Below, piece after piece: positions 35,075-43,781 of a DNA stretch of 64,000 nucleotides. The position numbers and the translations under genes were made by a program. Positions within the stretch are counted from its first letter, which is position 1. Each line of letters opens with the position of its first letter. Source of the DNA: Candidatus Ozemobacter sibiricus (GTDB taxonomy: Bacteria; Muiribacteriota; Ozemobacteria; Ozemobacterales; Ozemobacteraceae); assembly GCA_003327425.1 (NCBI GenBank), contig QOQW01000013.1:61351-125350 (forward strand), in the 5' to 3' direction. The notes under the pieces are model-generated. The model was given only the letters and a program-made list of their open reading frames with translations, was not told where the DNA came from and made no database searches.

Positions 35075-36570
35075 GGCGTGGTGCCGGGCGGGGTCGTCAG
35101 GGGCGGCATCTGATTGGCCAGACGCGCCTCTTCTTCGGCTTTGAGCTCTTCATACCTGGCCTGAGCGAGAGAAATGGCCCGTCTCACCAACGGAGGAAGG
35201 GACGCCAGGATCTGCTGGGCGGCAGCCAGAGCAGCCTGGGTGGCCGGCGTCATCGCATAGTCGGCGATCGAGCTCATGATGCCATTCATGGTGTTGATTT
35301 CGGCCAGGAGATCGGTGAGGGCCCGGGTCCAGATGTCGACCACATTTTTGGCCGCATCTGATGTCGACAGCCCAGCCACGATATCCGCGGCATTGCGAAA
35401 GTGGGCGTATTTCCGTTCCAGGCTGTCGACGAGATTCTTGTACCCGCTCACCATGGTGGCGCTGACGGTTTCCTGGATCGATCTGGCGGCCTCCTCGCTG
35501 GGAGCGTTGCGCACCCGCTCGCCAGCCGCTGCCACCACCTCGTTCATCGCCCGATAGGTGGCGACCCGTGCTTGCGCATCCGCTTCCAGAGCGGCACGAA
35601 CCACCGGGTCATCCCAGGAACGGTTGCCGAGTTCCACGGCGTCCATTCCTTCCTGGGCTCTAGCCAAGGATATTCGCGAATTCCGCAGAACCTCGTTCAT
35701 CAGGTCGTCGAGACTGGACGTTGGGTTGCTACTTCCACCCGAGGTCGGGGGCAACCCCGGAAACCCCTCGGCAGGGGGAGTGGAGGACTGGCCGCCGGTT
35801 CCGGTGGTGGGGGGGGCGAACACGGGATTCGGCCCCGGGCCACCGGCGGTCGGCAGCTCCCCGTTCTGTGGCGGGAGGATGACGGGAGGCGAGGCCGCGG
35901 GGTTGGTCGGCCCGGACACGCCATCGGGCGGGATGTTCACCAACCCTGGCGAAAACGACCTTGGCCGACGCGCGTGCATTTTGTCGAGGATGCTGGGAAG
36001 GTCGCTCAACCCGACGAGTTCCCATCCCAGGTCATCGCTGCGCTTCTGGTTGGCCTCCCGCTCCTGCAGGAGGCGATCGACATGCTGCGAAAACCGGCTG
36101 GGGCCGGCCGCCGTGGGAAAATCAACAGGATCGCCCTGGCAGAAGAAATTGATGGAGATGCGATTGGAGATTTCCAGGAGATCGTCCTCGAAGGCCACCC
36201 GCCAGAAAAAAAGGCGGGTCTGCCCGCTGAGATGCGTGCGCACATAGATATCGGCCTGACGCTCCCGCCCAGGCGTGTTTTCGACGAACAGATCGTAGAT
36301 ACCGCCTTGCAGGGGAACATTGTTCTCGCGGTACGGGGCATGCGCGAACGGCCGGTCTGGCCATGGGAGGGAGTAGACACGGGCATGAAGTTTCGCCATG
36401 GCGGAATACGCCATCAGGAACGCCCAATGATTGGTAGTGGTGTGGTAGATCTGCGATTTGGCCCCTTGCTGCAAGGTGGCCACCGAGATGACCACGCCTG
36501 CCAGCATGATGAGCCCTACCAGCACCAGGGGAAGGGCCAGACCCGTGCGCCGCCCAAGGGAGGTACACAT
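35071..36570 (-). CDS. membrane-anchored Pro-rich protein, first gene of the pseudopilin-like tricistron (pilus/secretion accessory candidate)
   Basis: The start is set at ATG 36570 (MCTSLGRRTGLALPLVLVGLIMLAGVVISVATL), which is preceded by a strong AGGAGG RBS at a 7-8 nt spacing. The track start at 36693 lacks an RBS. The protein has an N-terminal TM helix, a central proline-rich region (PPVILPPQNGELPTAGGPGPNPVFAPPTTGTGG) and a helical C-terminus. Confidence 0.5.
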   Translation of the reverse strand: MCTSLGRRTGLALPLVLVGLIMLAGVVISVATLQQGAKSQIYHTTTNHWAFLMAYSAMAKLHARVYSLPWPDRPFAHAPYRENNVPLQGGIYDLFVENTPGRERQADIYVRTHLSGQTRLFFWRVAFEDDLLEISNRISINFFCQGDPVDFPTAAGPSRFSQHVDRLLQEREANQKRSDDLGWELVGLSDLPSILDKMHARRPRSFSPGLVNIPPDGVSGPTNPAASPPVILPPQNGELPTAGGPGPNPVFAPPTTGTGGQSSTPPAEGFPGLPPTSGGSSNPTSSLDDLMNEVLRNSRISLARAQEGMDAVELGNRSWDDPVVRAALEADAQARVATYRAMNEVVAAAGERVRNAPSEEAARSIQETVSATMVSGYKNLVDSLERKYAHFRNAADIVAGLSTSDAAKNVVDIWTRALTDLLAEINTMNGIMSSIADYAMTPATQAALAAAQQILASLPPLVRRAISLAQARYEELKAEEEARLANQMPPLTTPPGTTP

Positions 36571-36910
36571 TATTTTGACCTCCTGCTTAGTAAACCAGGG
36601 GGAAGGTCTGGAAGTATCCTCAGTTAAGACATAGCACGAAAAATCCCTTACTGGGAAGACCGATCGCCAACTTCCTCCAGTCATTCTGAGCATTGAAACC
36701 CCCTTTTGGTGTCAGTTCTTGCCCAGGGTGACAGCTCGCTTCGGGTTTTTGTGACCAGGGCGGGAAAAAGCCCGTCGTCGGGCCGGTTGTACGCGAGGCT
36801 GGTCCGCCCTGGCCATGCCGCCGCAGGGTGCGCGGGGGAGGAACGCCCGCGGCTGGTCGATCGGATGCCCAGCGGCAACCGGGTTCGCAGGCTCCTGGCC
36901 TCCTCGCCCA

Positions 36911-38143
36911 TCAGGGTCGCGCCTGGACCGCCCGCGCCACGGTCTCTTCGTACTGCCGGGCGCACCGACGATTGTGACGGCTCCAGGCTCGCGTGAGCCG
37001 GTGGTCGCGCCAGATCAGATCGGTAATACGGGAGCGCTCGGGACCACCATCTCCGAGGTAGGCGTAATTCATCAGGGCATGGATCGCCAGGCACCGGTAA
37101 TAGATATACGCCGCCGGCTGGGCGGCATACCCGAGCACGCTCGGCACCAGCAATTTGCACATGACATACGGGAAGGTATCGTACTGGCTGACAAAGGCGA
37201 GATTCCAGGAGGTGTACAAGTCGGACCAGGCTCGCGGGCAGGCCGTGCGCAGCAGGATGGCCCGCCGATCGGCCGTCCAGATGCTCGGGCCTTCGCCGGT
37301 CGCCGGATTCTCGCGTGGCGCCCCGGGCGGATATCGGGCCAGAGTCAGGCCGGCGCGGGCATTGCCGGGGTAGCCTTCCACGATCTCCCAGGCCACCGCC
37401 TCCAGGATATTGAGAGGCAGCAGCACCCTCATGAAATCGGGCGGCACGACGCCCCGCCGGTGGCATTCGACGAACCGGGCGTTCAAATGCTCGATCGACA
37501 GCAGTTTGACATGATCGAACAGCCGGAAGTTCTTGCTGCCCCAGATGAACCGCCGCCCCTGCCGCCAGTGGTCCAGGGTAAATGCCAGGAACCGCCAGTC
37601 TTCGGCCATCAGGCGGGTCAGGGCCTCCAACGCCCAGGCGAAGGTCACCACATCGGGCAGCACCCGCGTCCCTTCCGTAGCCAGGCGGGCCGCCAGCACG
37701 GGGAAGCGGAGACTCCAGGCCCTGACCGACCGCGCACCGCCCGCTTGGCAGAACGGAGGTCGATCACCGGCGGCCTCCGCCCCGCCCCCGGGTCCGTCCT
37801 CCCCTGGTGGCGCCCCGCGGGGCGATTCCGATTCCTCATCGACCCTGTCGGCGCCGACCACCTGATCGAGGAACCCTGCCAGATAGGGATTGGCCGCGGC
37901 CAGGCGGGCCACCGCATCGACGAACCGTTCGAGAGCGGCCCGGTCGAGCCCGGGGGGGCGCAGCCGGTCTTCGGCCTTCGTCAGGGCGGCGGTCACCCAT
38001 CGCCCCGCCCCGTCCAGCAGCCGCCATTCCCGATAATGGCGGACCAGCATCGCCTCGATCGCGGCCGGATCGAGCCCGGCCAGGGCGGCTTTGACCGCCG
38101 CCGCCACCCGCCCGACTCCCGCTCCCGCCGCCAGCGCCGTCAT
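36911..38143 (-). CDS. hypothetical protein (410 aa)
   Basis: This is a long ORF with complex composition in its C-terminal 250 aa (FIWGSKNFRLFDHVKLLSIEHLNARFVECHRRG...). The opposite-strand ORF 36815..39511 is Arg/Pro-rich junk. Confidence 0.45.
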   Translation of the reverse strand: MTALAAGAGVGRVAAAVKAALAGLDPAAIEAMLVRHYREWRLLDGAGRWVTAALTKAEDRLRPPGLDRAALERFVDAVARLAAANPYLAGFLDQVVGADRVDEESESPRGAPPGEDGPGGGAEAAGDRPPFCQAGGARSVRAWSLRFPVLAARLATEGTRVLPDVVTFAWALEALTRLMAEDWRFLAFTLDHWRQGRRFIWGSKNFRLFDHVKLLSIEHLNARFVECHRRGVVPPDFMRVLLPLNILEAVAWEIVEGYPGNARAGLTLARYPPGAPRENPATGEGPSIWTADRRAILLRTACPRAWSDLYTSWNLAFVSQYDTFPYVMCKLLVPSVLGYAAQPAAYIYYRCLAIHALMNYAYLGDGGPERSRITDLIWRDHRLTRAWSRHNRRCARQYEETVARAVQARP

Positions 38144-38167
38144 TCGCGCAACCGAGCCATGGTCGGC

Positions 38168-39268
38168 CTACCAGTTCCCCCAGGAACCACCACCGCCGGA
38201 GCTGGACCACCCGCCGCCGCCCCGGGAATCCCCCCCGCTGCCCCACGACCCCGAACTGCCGCCGTACCAGCGATGGCGACGGCGGCGAGAGCTGGAGGTC
38301 ATGATGATGAGCAGCACCATCATGACCTTGACGAAAGAATCCACGAGCAGATACCCCCAACCCCCTTCGCCCGTCGTGGCGAGGGAATGCCCCAACGCCC
38401 CGAGAAAGGCCACCACCACGACGAACAGCACGGGCTTGAACCACGGCCGTTCGGTGAGAGGAATCGGCCGTTCGAGTTCGGCCGCGATTTCGCGCGCCCC
38501 GGCCAGCACCGCCACCGCCAGACGCCCGCTGCGCAGATGGTTCCCCACCGCGCGCTCGACCGCCTGCCGCAGCGCTGCCGCCCGCGACGGCTTCCACCCT
38601 TCGCCGAGGGCCAGCACGGCCCGGACATCATCACGACTGACCAGGAACAGCACCCCGTTGCGCGGCTTGGGATGGCCGATGCCCCAGACGAACAGGAAGT
38701 CCTCGGCCAGCTCCTGGGGATGCTTCGCCCCGTGCGCCGCAGCGCTCTTGACGGTCACCGCCGCCACCTCCACCCCCGTGCGGGCCTCGACGCCACGCAA
38801 AATCTGCCGCAACCGGCTCAGGTCCTCGGCCGACAGGATCCCAGCCAGGTCGTTGGCATGCGGGTCATCAGGGAAAGGCAGATTGAAGCGGGCCAGGCGC
38901 AGCCGTTTCCAGACCTCTTTGGCTTCGTAGCGGGCGAGCACCGGCCGCCCCGGCGGCAGGCCCAGCCTGTGGGCCAGCGGCTCCGGCCAGGGCACCCACC
39001 CGACCACCGCCAGCAGAACGCCCAGCAGCCACGGCCCGCACCGCGCCCGCGCCTGGCGCGGTACCCGGGCCACGGGGACGGGGCATCGCTCGATCTCTCC
39101 GGCCTCGGCCACCGGCGGGCCGTCCAGGCCGTCCCGGCCGCCCATGAGCCCCGCCATTGCGGGGCCGTCGGTGCGCTCCGTGACGCCGTCGGAAAAGCCG
39201 CCGACCGTTTCCCGCCGACCGCGACCGGTCCAGGTCGCGGGCCCAGTTCGCTCGCTCTGGCTCATCAT
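38168..39268 (-). CDS. TPM-domain (TLP18.3/Psb32/MOLO-1 phosphatase-like) membrane protein with Gly/Ser/Trp-rich C-terminal tail
   Basis: TPM-like core (DLAGILSAEDLSRLRQILRGVEARTGVEVAAVTVKS...NGVLFLVSRDDVRAVLALGEGW), then a TM helix (VLFVVVVAFLGALG) and a GGSSGSWGSGGDSRGGGGW tail. Its ATG overlaps the upstream stop (TGATG at 39266-39270). Confidence 0.55.
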   Translation of the reverse strand: MMSQSERTGPATWTGRGRRETVGGFSDGVTERTDGPAMAGLMGGRDGLDGPPVAEAGEIERCPVPVARVPRQARARCGPWLLGVLLAVVGWVPWPEPLAHRLGLPPGRPVLARYEAKEVWKRLRLARFNLPFPDDPHANDLAGILSAEDLSRLRQILRGVEARTGVEVAAVTVKSAAAHGAKHPQELAEDFLFVWGIGHPKPRNGVLFLVSRDDVRAVLALGEGWKPSRAAALRQAVERAVGNHLRSGRLAVAVLAGAREIAAELERPIPLTERPWFKPVLFVVVVAFLGALGHSLATTGEGGWGYLLVDSFVKVMMVLLIIMTSSSRRRRHRWYGGSSGSWGSGGDSRGGGGWSSSGGGGSWGNW

Positions 39269-39708
39269 CAGCGTTCTCCGAAACTGATCGTATCGGACAG
39301 CTCGTTGCGATCATCGGCCTGCCGGGGGAACCAGGCGGCAAGCTGCTCGCCGGCAGCACGCACGCCAGCCAGCAGACCATCCTTGAAACGGCCCTCCCGG
39401 AATTCGGCGATCGCTTTGTCCCTGATGCTATCCCAGAAGCCGGGGGGCACCTTGAGGTTGATGCCCTCGTCGGCCAGAATGGCAAAGGCGCGGCTGCCGA
39501 CGGCCAGATAGAACAGCACCCCATTGCGCTGGGCGGTCTCTCCCATGCGCAGGTAGGCGAACACGATCTTGGCCCGTTCGAACGGATCGCCGGGGCAGGT
39601 GTCCTCGATGTGGATGCGGATCTCGCCCGAGGTCTTGCCTTCCGCTTCGCGAATGGCAGCTTCCAGTTCCTGACGCTCGGTTTCCCCGAATATGGACCGT
39701 GGATCCAT
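39268..39708 (-). CDS. TPM-domain protein (146 aa, soluble)
   Basis: The ATG at 39708 begins MDPRSIFGETERQELEAAIREAEGKTSGEIRIHIEDT...NGVLFYLAVGSRAFAILADEGI, the TPM/DUF477-type motif. The longer track ORF 39268..40476 would overlap the epimerase gene and is R/P-rich upstream of this Met. Confidence 0.55.
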   Translation of the reverse strand: MDPRSIFGETERQELEAAIREAEGKTSGEIRIHIEDTCPGDPFERAKIVFAYLRMGETAQRNGVLFYLAVGSRAFAILADEGINLKVPPGFWDSIRDKAIAEFREGRFKDGLLAGVRAAGEQLAAWFPRQADDRNELSDTISFGER

Positions 39709-39847
39709 GCATGAGCCTCCTTGCCGCGAGCAAATCGCTCGCTTCATCGCTCTCAGAGGGGAGCTGGTCGGCAGCGCCCCGCACGATCGGCCGACGACCG
39801 ACCTCGATCTGCTTCGAGGGTACGCCCCCGTCACCGTCGAGTCAAGA

Positions 39848-40906
39848 TCAGCCCGGGGCCGTTCCGGCCTTTTTGACGTCGGCCCGCACCCGCTGGAAAG
39901 AGGGCAGGCGGTCCCATTCTTCTTCGAGCCGGCCCGGACGAAACCCCAGGGCAAACGCCAGACGACTATCAAGGGACACATCGGGCGGCCGGGGCGCCGC
40001 CATCGGCAGATCGGCCTGCCGCACCGGCACGAGGCCGGTGGCCGGCACCCCCAGCCAGGCCGCCAGCCGCCGGCCCAGGTCGAAGCGCGACACCCGTTCG
40101 GGCCCGCCCAGGTGCAGCAGCGCGGGGGCCGACCGCTGGGGAGCCGGCCCGGGGGCGGCGGTCGGTCCTTCGCCGCGGTCGGGGCGGCAACCGCCAGCAG
40201 GCGGCGCCGGCCGCTCGCCAGGCGGCCAGGGCGGGGACCACGGCCGCCCCAGAGCCAGATGCAGCGCCAGGGCCAGCCCTTCCGCGGCCGCCATGGTGCT
40301 GATGGGCGTGCGGAACTCATCGATGAACAGACGGGCCGGCGGGCCACCCGCCAGCGCGGCCAGCACCGCGGCCAGGGTGTGGCGCCCCGCCGGACTGGGA
40401 TCGCCATACATGAGGGGCAGACGACAGACCGTGGCGGCATCACCCAGCACCTCGTGCACGAGGCGTTCGGCCTCATGCTTCAAGGCGGCATACCGGCTGA
40501 CCGGCCGCGGTTCGGCTGCCTCGGCGTAGGGCGGGTGGCGACCGTCGAAGACGAGGTCGGTCGAGGCGAAGACCAGCCGGGCGCCGAACCGCTGGCAGAG
40601 CATGGCCAGGCGGCGCGGCAGCTCGACGTTGAGCGCTCGCGCTTCGACAGGATGCTCTTCGCACCAGTTGGGATCGGCCGCCGCCGCCAGATGGATCAGG
40701 CCCGCCGGCGGCCGGGCGGCGAATTCCCGCTCCAGCCCGACGGCATCGGTCAGATCGAGGGGAAGCGGCTCCACCCCCGGCCAGCCCGGCCAGGAACCGA
40801 GCTGGCGGACCGTGGCCACCACTTCATCCCCAGGGAAGAGTCGCCCCGCCGCCCGCATCACCTGCTGGCCGACGAAGCCCGTTCCTCCCGTCACCCAGAT
40901 CCGCAT
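39848..40906 (-). CDS. NAD(P)-dependent epimerase/dehydratase family protein (RmlD/dTDP-4-dehydrorhamnose-reductase-like SDR)
   Basis: The ATG at 40906 gives MRIWVTGGTGFVGQQV (Rossmann GxxGxxG), followed by an extended-SDR-like body (~352 aa). The track ORF start at 41185 adds an R/G-rich leader with no support. Confidence 0.65.
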   Translation of the reverse strand: MRIWVTGGTGFVGQQVMRAAGRLFPGDEVVATVRQLGSWPGWPGVEPLPLDLTDAVGLEREFAARPPAGLIHLAAAADPNWCEEHPVEARALNVELPRRLAMLCQRFGARLVFASTDLVFDGRHPPYAEAAEPRPVSRYAALKHEAERLVHEVLGDAATVCRLPLMYGDPSPAGRHTLAAVLAALAGGPPARLFIDEFRTPISTMAAAEGLALALHLALGRPWSPPWPPGERPAPPAGGCRPDRGEGPTAAPGPAPQRSAPALLHLGGPERVSRFDLGRRLAAWLGVPATGLVPVRQADLPMAAPRPPDVSLDSRLAFALGFRPGRLEEEWDRLPSFQRVRADVKKAGTAPG

Positions 40907-41300
40907 GCCGACCGCCTTTCCGTTCTCGACGGTAGCACGCCATCCCGCGTCCCGGCAACCGGCCCGATCGATCTCGGAAGTTCTTCTTCCAACGGCCCAG
41001 CCCAGGCAGGGTCCCCCTCCTCCCGCGAGCCGGACTCGCTCGCACCGGGCTCCGCCATGGAGGGCCGCGTCCAGCCGGGCTGGTCGGAGGCGCCTCTCGC
41101 GGGAAGCGCGCGCCATCCACCGTCGCCCGCGAATGCGAGGGAAAGCGACCAGAGATAGGGAGTTCGACGAGCCCACCACCGTCACCTGCTCCAGACCGCT
41201 GAGCGAGAAGGTCTGGCCCGCTGGGTCAGGTTTGCCAAACCCCCTGGAGATGGTCTAGCCTGGAAGTCTGCAGGTTCCTTCCAGGAGAATCGCCCCCAGC

Positions 41301-43781
41301 ATGTCGCGCCCTTCCCTGCCCGCCGCCCCCCTGCCGGAAGCCTCCCCGTCGGGAACCCTGCGGTCGCGGCCATCGACCGCCTTCCGCCCCGGGATCTGGC
41401 TCCTGCAGGCGCTGGCGTTCATCGGCATCCCCCTGCTGCTCGGTCTGGCCGCGCTGGAACTGCTGGCCAGGCAGGCGACCGCCGAGGCCCAGCACGCCGA
41501 GATCCAGCTCCTGCGCGAGATCTTGACCCAGACGGCGGCCCGCGGCCACCTGCCGACCGCGCTCACCGCGCTGTTCGAACGGCTGTCGTCCCTGCCCTGG
41601 ACCCCCGCTCGGTTCGCCCGGCAGGCGAGCGCTCTGCTGCGCCGCCAGCCCGGCGTCTTCGATCTCTTCCTGTTCGACGCTCAGGGCCGGCGGGTGTCCA
41701 TCCCCGGCGTCCCCGACACCCTGGTCTTCGCCTCCCAGAAATTCCTCGAAGCCCTGCGGCGCGAGGACGCCCGCGTGCCCGCCAAGCTCATCCAGGGATT
41801 CGCCGGCAACCCGCGGGTCCCCGCCCGGCTGCGGGCCTCCCCCGGCCTGCTGGTCGACCTGCTCAACGGCGATCGCCGCACCTGGGGCGGCTGGTGGACC
41901 CTGCGCGACCGCCACGGCAAGGTGACAGGCCATCTCATCGTCTTCGCCCATCGGGCTGCCAGTCCCCCCGACCAGACGCTCGAGCAGGCGGTGGCGCGAG
42001 CGGCCAGCCAGGTCGCCAGCCGATTCCATCTCGGGTGGTACGACCCGCTCGACCCGGGCATCCTGCGCCCGCTCGGGGCCAGTTTCCCCGCCGATCTGGT
42101 CAGCACCCTGCCACGGCTCTCGCCGGCCCGGCCGGTGACCGAGGTCGATGGCCGCCCCCTGGCCGTGCACCTGACCGAGACGGGGACGGTGCTGTTCGGC
42201 CTCGCCCGCCACCCTCCTCGGCCGGTCACCGACTGGCGTCGCGGGCAAGGTCTGCTGCTCGTCGGTGGGCTCCTGGCGCTGGTCCTGTCCTGGGCCTGGT
42301 CACCGCTGCGATCGCTGCGCACCCGGCTGATCCTCCAGTTCCTGGTCGGGGGCGGTATTCCCCTGGCGGTCTTCCTCGGCACCGTTCTCGCCGACCGCGA
42401 TCTGCGCGAGCGGCTGCTCGTCGCCCGCCTGCAAGACACCAACCTGGAGATCCTCATCCGCCTCGACCAGGATCTGCCCACCGTCTACACCCCGCTGCTG
42501 CGCCGGTATCGCGCTACCATGGCCGCCCTGCACCGCACCCCCCTGGCCAGCGCCACTGGGCATCTGGAGCGTCTGGCCGACTGGGCCAGCCGCCAGCGCG
42601 GCCTGGCCGTCTCGACCGGCCTGCCGCAGCACCGGGTGACCCGGGTCGGCGGGCGGCTCTATCTGGTCAGCGCCAGCCGCGGCACGTTCCTCGACGGCTA
42701 CGTGCTGTTCGTCGCGCGGCCCTATGCCACGATCCAGGCGGCCGCTCGCGAACTCACCGGACAGGCGGCCCTCCTCGCCGGCCTGATGCTGGTGGTGTCC
42801 GGGCTGGTGGCTGCCGGCACCTCGCGCTTCCTGCTGGGTCCCATCACGAACCTGCAGCGCGGCCTGGAAGCGCTCCGCCAGCGCGATTTCCGGCACTTCG
42901 CCCCGCCGGGGCACCTGGCCGATCTCGCGGTGGTGACCGATCGGTTCAACCAGATCATGGCGCGCCTGGGCGAGCTGCAGGTGGCCCGCTCCATCCAGGA
43001 AGCCCTCTGGCCGCGGGCCGGCCTGGCCGGCCCCGGCTGGCGCGTCGCCGGCGCCTGCCGAACCGCCACCCACCTGGGCGGGGACCATCACGACTGGTTC
43101 CGCTGCCCGGACGGGTCGGTCTTGCTGGCGATCGGCGATGTCGCTGGGCACGGCATCCCCTCCGCCCTGGTGGGCGCCGCGGCCAAAGCGCTGCTGGCCC
43201 TGACCGCCCCCCTCGGCGACCCCGCCGCCATCCTGGCGGCGATGAATCGGGGATTCCTCGATCAGGCCGGACGGGCCAAACCCATGTCATTCTGGGTCGG
43301 CCTGTTCGACCCCACCACCCGCCGCCTGCGCTTCGCCAATGCCGGCCACAATTTCCCGCTGGCCGTCCGGCCCACGGGCGAGCTGGTCACGGCCGGCACG
43401 CCCGGCTACCCGCTGGGCACCCGGCGGCATCCCACCTACACCGCCGGCCTCCTCGATCTGACGACCGGCGGCCGCCTCCACCTGTATTCCGACGGGTTGA
43501 TCGAAGCGCATGACCGCACCGACCAGCCCTACGGCTACGACCGGTTCGCCGACACCGCCAGCGACCTCCTCCCTCCCGGCCTCGACCGCCCCCGCGCCGA
43601 GCCGTTCGCTCACCAGGCCGCCCAGACCGGCGAACCGCTGCGACGGGCGGATGGCTCGCTGGTGGTCGTCTTGACCACGGCGGGCCCCCATGTCCTGCTC
43701 GGGCAGGTGCCGCCGCCCTCTCCCACCTTGCCGGTCGGCGCACTCGCCGCCTGGCTGCTCACCGCCAACCTCGCCCTGGTC
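41301..43781 (+). CDS. membrane sensor - HAMP - PP2C (SpoIIE/RsbU-type) serine phosphatase, module 1; no stop codon before module 2 (in-frame continuation)
   Basis: TM helices (IWLLQALAFIGIPLLLGLAALELL; GLLLVGGLLALVLSWAW) and a HAMP-like linker (LLGPITNLQRGLEALRQRDFRHF...FNQIMARLGELQ). The PP2C signatures are GGDHHDWF...LLAIGDVAGHGIPSAL, ANAGHNFPL and LHLYSDGLIEAHD. The phosphatase domain ends near residue 797 (~43690), but the frame stays open. Confidence 0.6.

Noticed and set aside
31997-39511. Plus-strand ORFs 31997..33097, 32838..33728, 35401..36627 and 36815..39511 (898 aa) opposite the Fe-S, pseudopilin, hypothetical and TPM genes
   Set aside because: These are antisense low-complexity translations without RBS or motifs.
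39268-41185. Long versions of ORFs 39268..40476 (402 aa) and 39848..41185 (445 aa), and plus-strand ORF 39692..41158
   Set aside because: These mutually overlapping frames have R/P-rich extensions. Internal ATGs at 39708 and 40906 give clean TPM and epimerase proteins, and the plus ORF is antisense junk.
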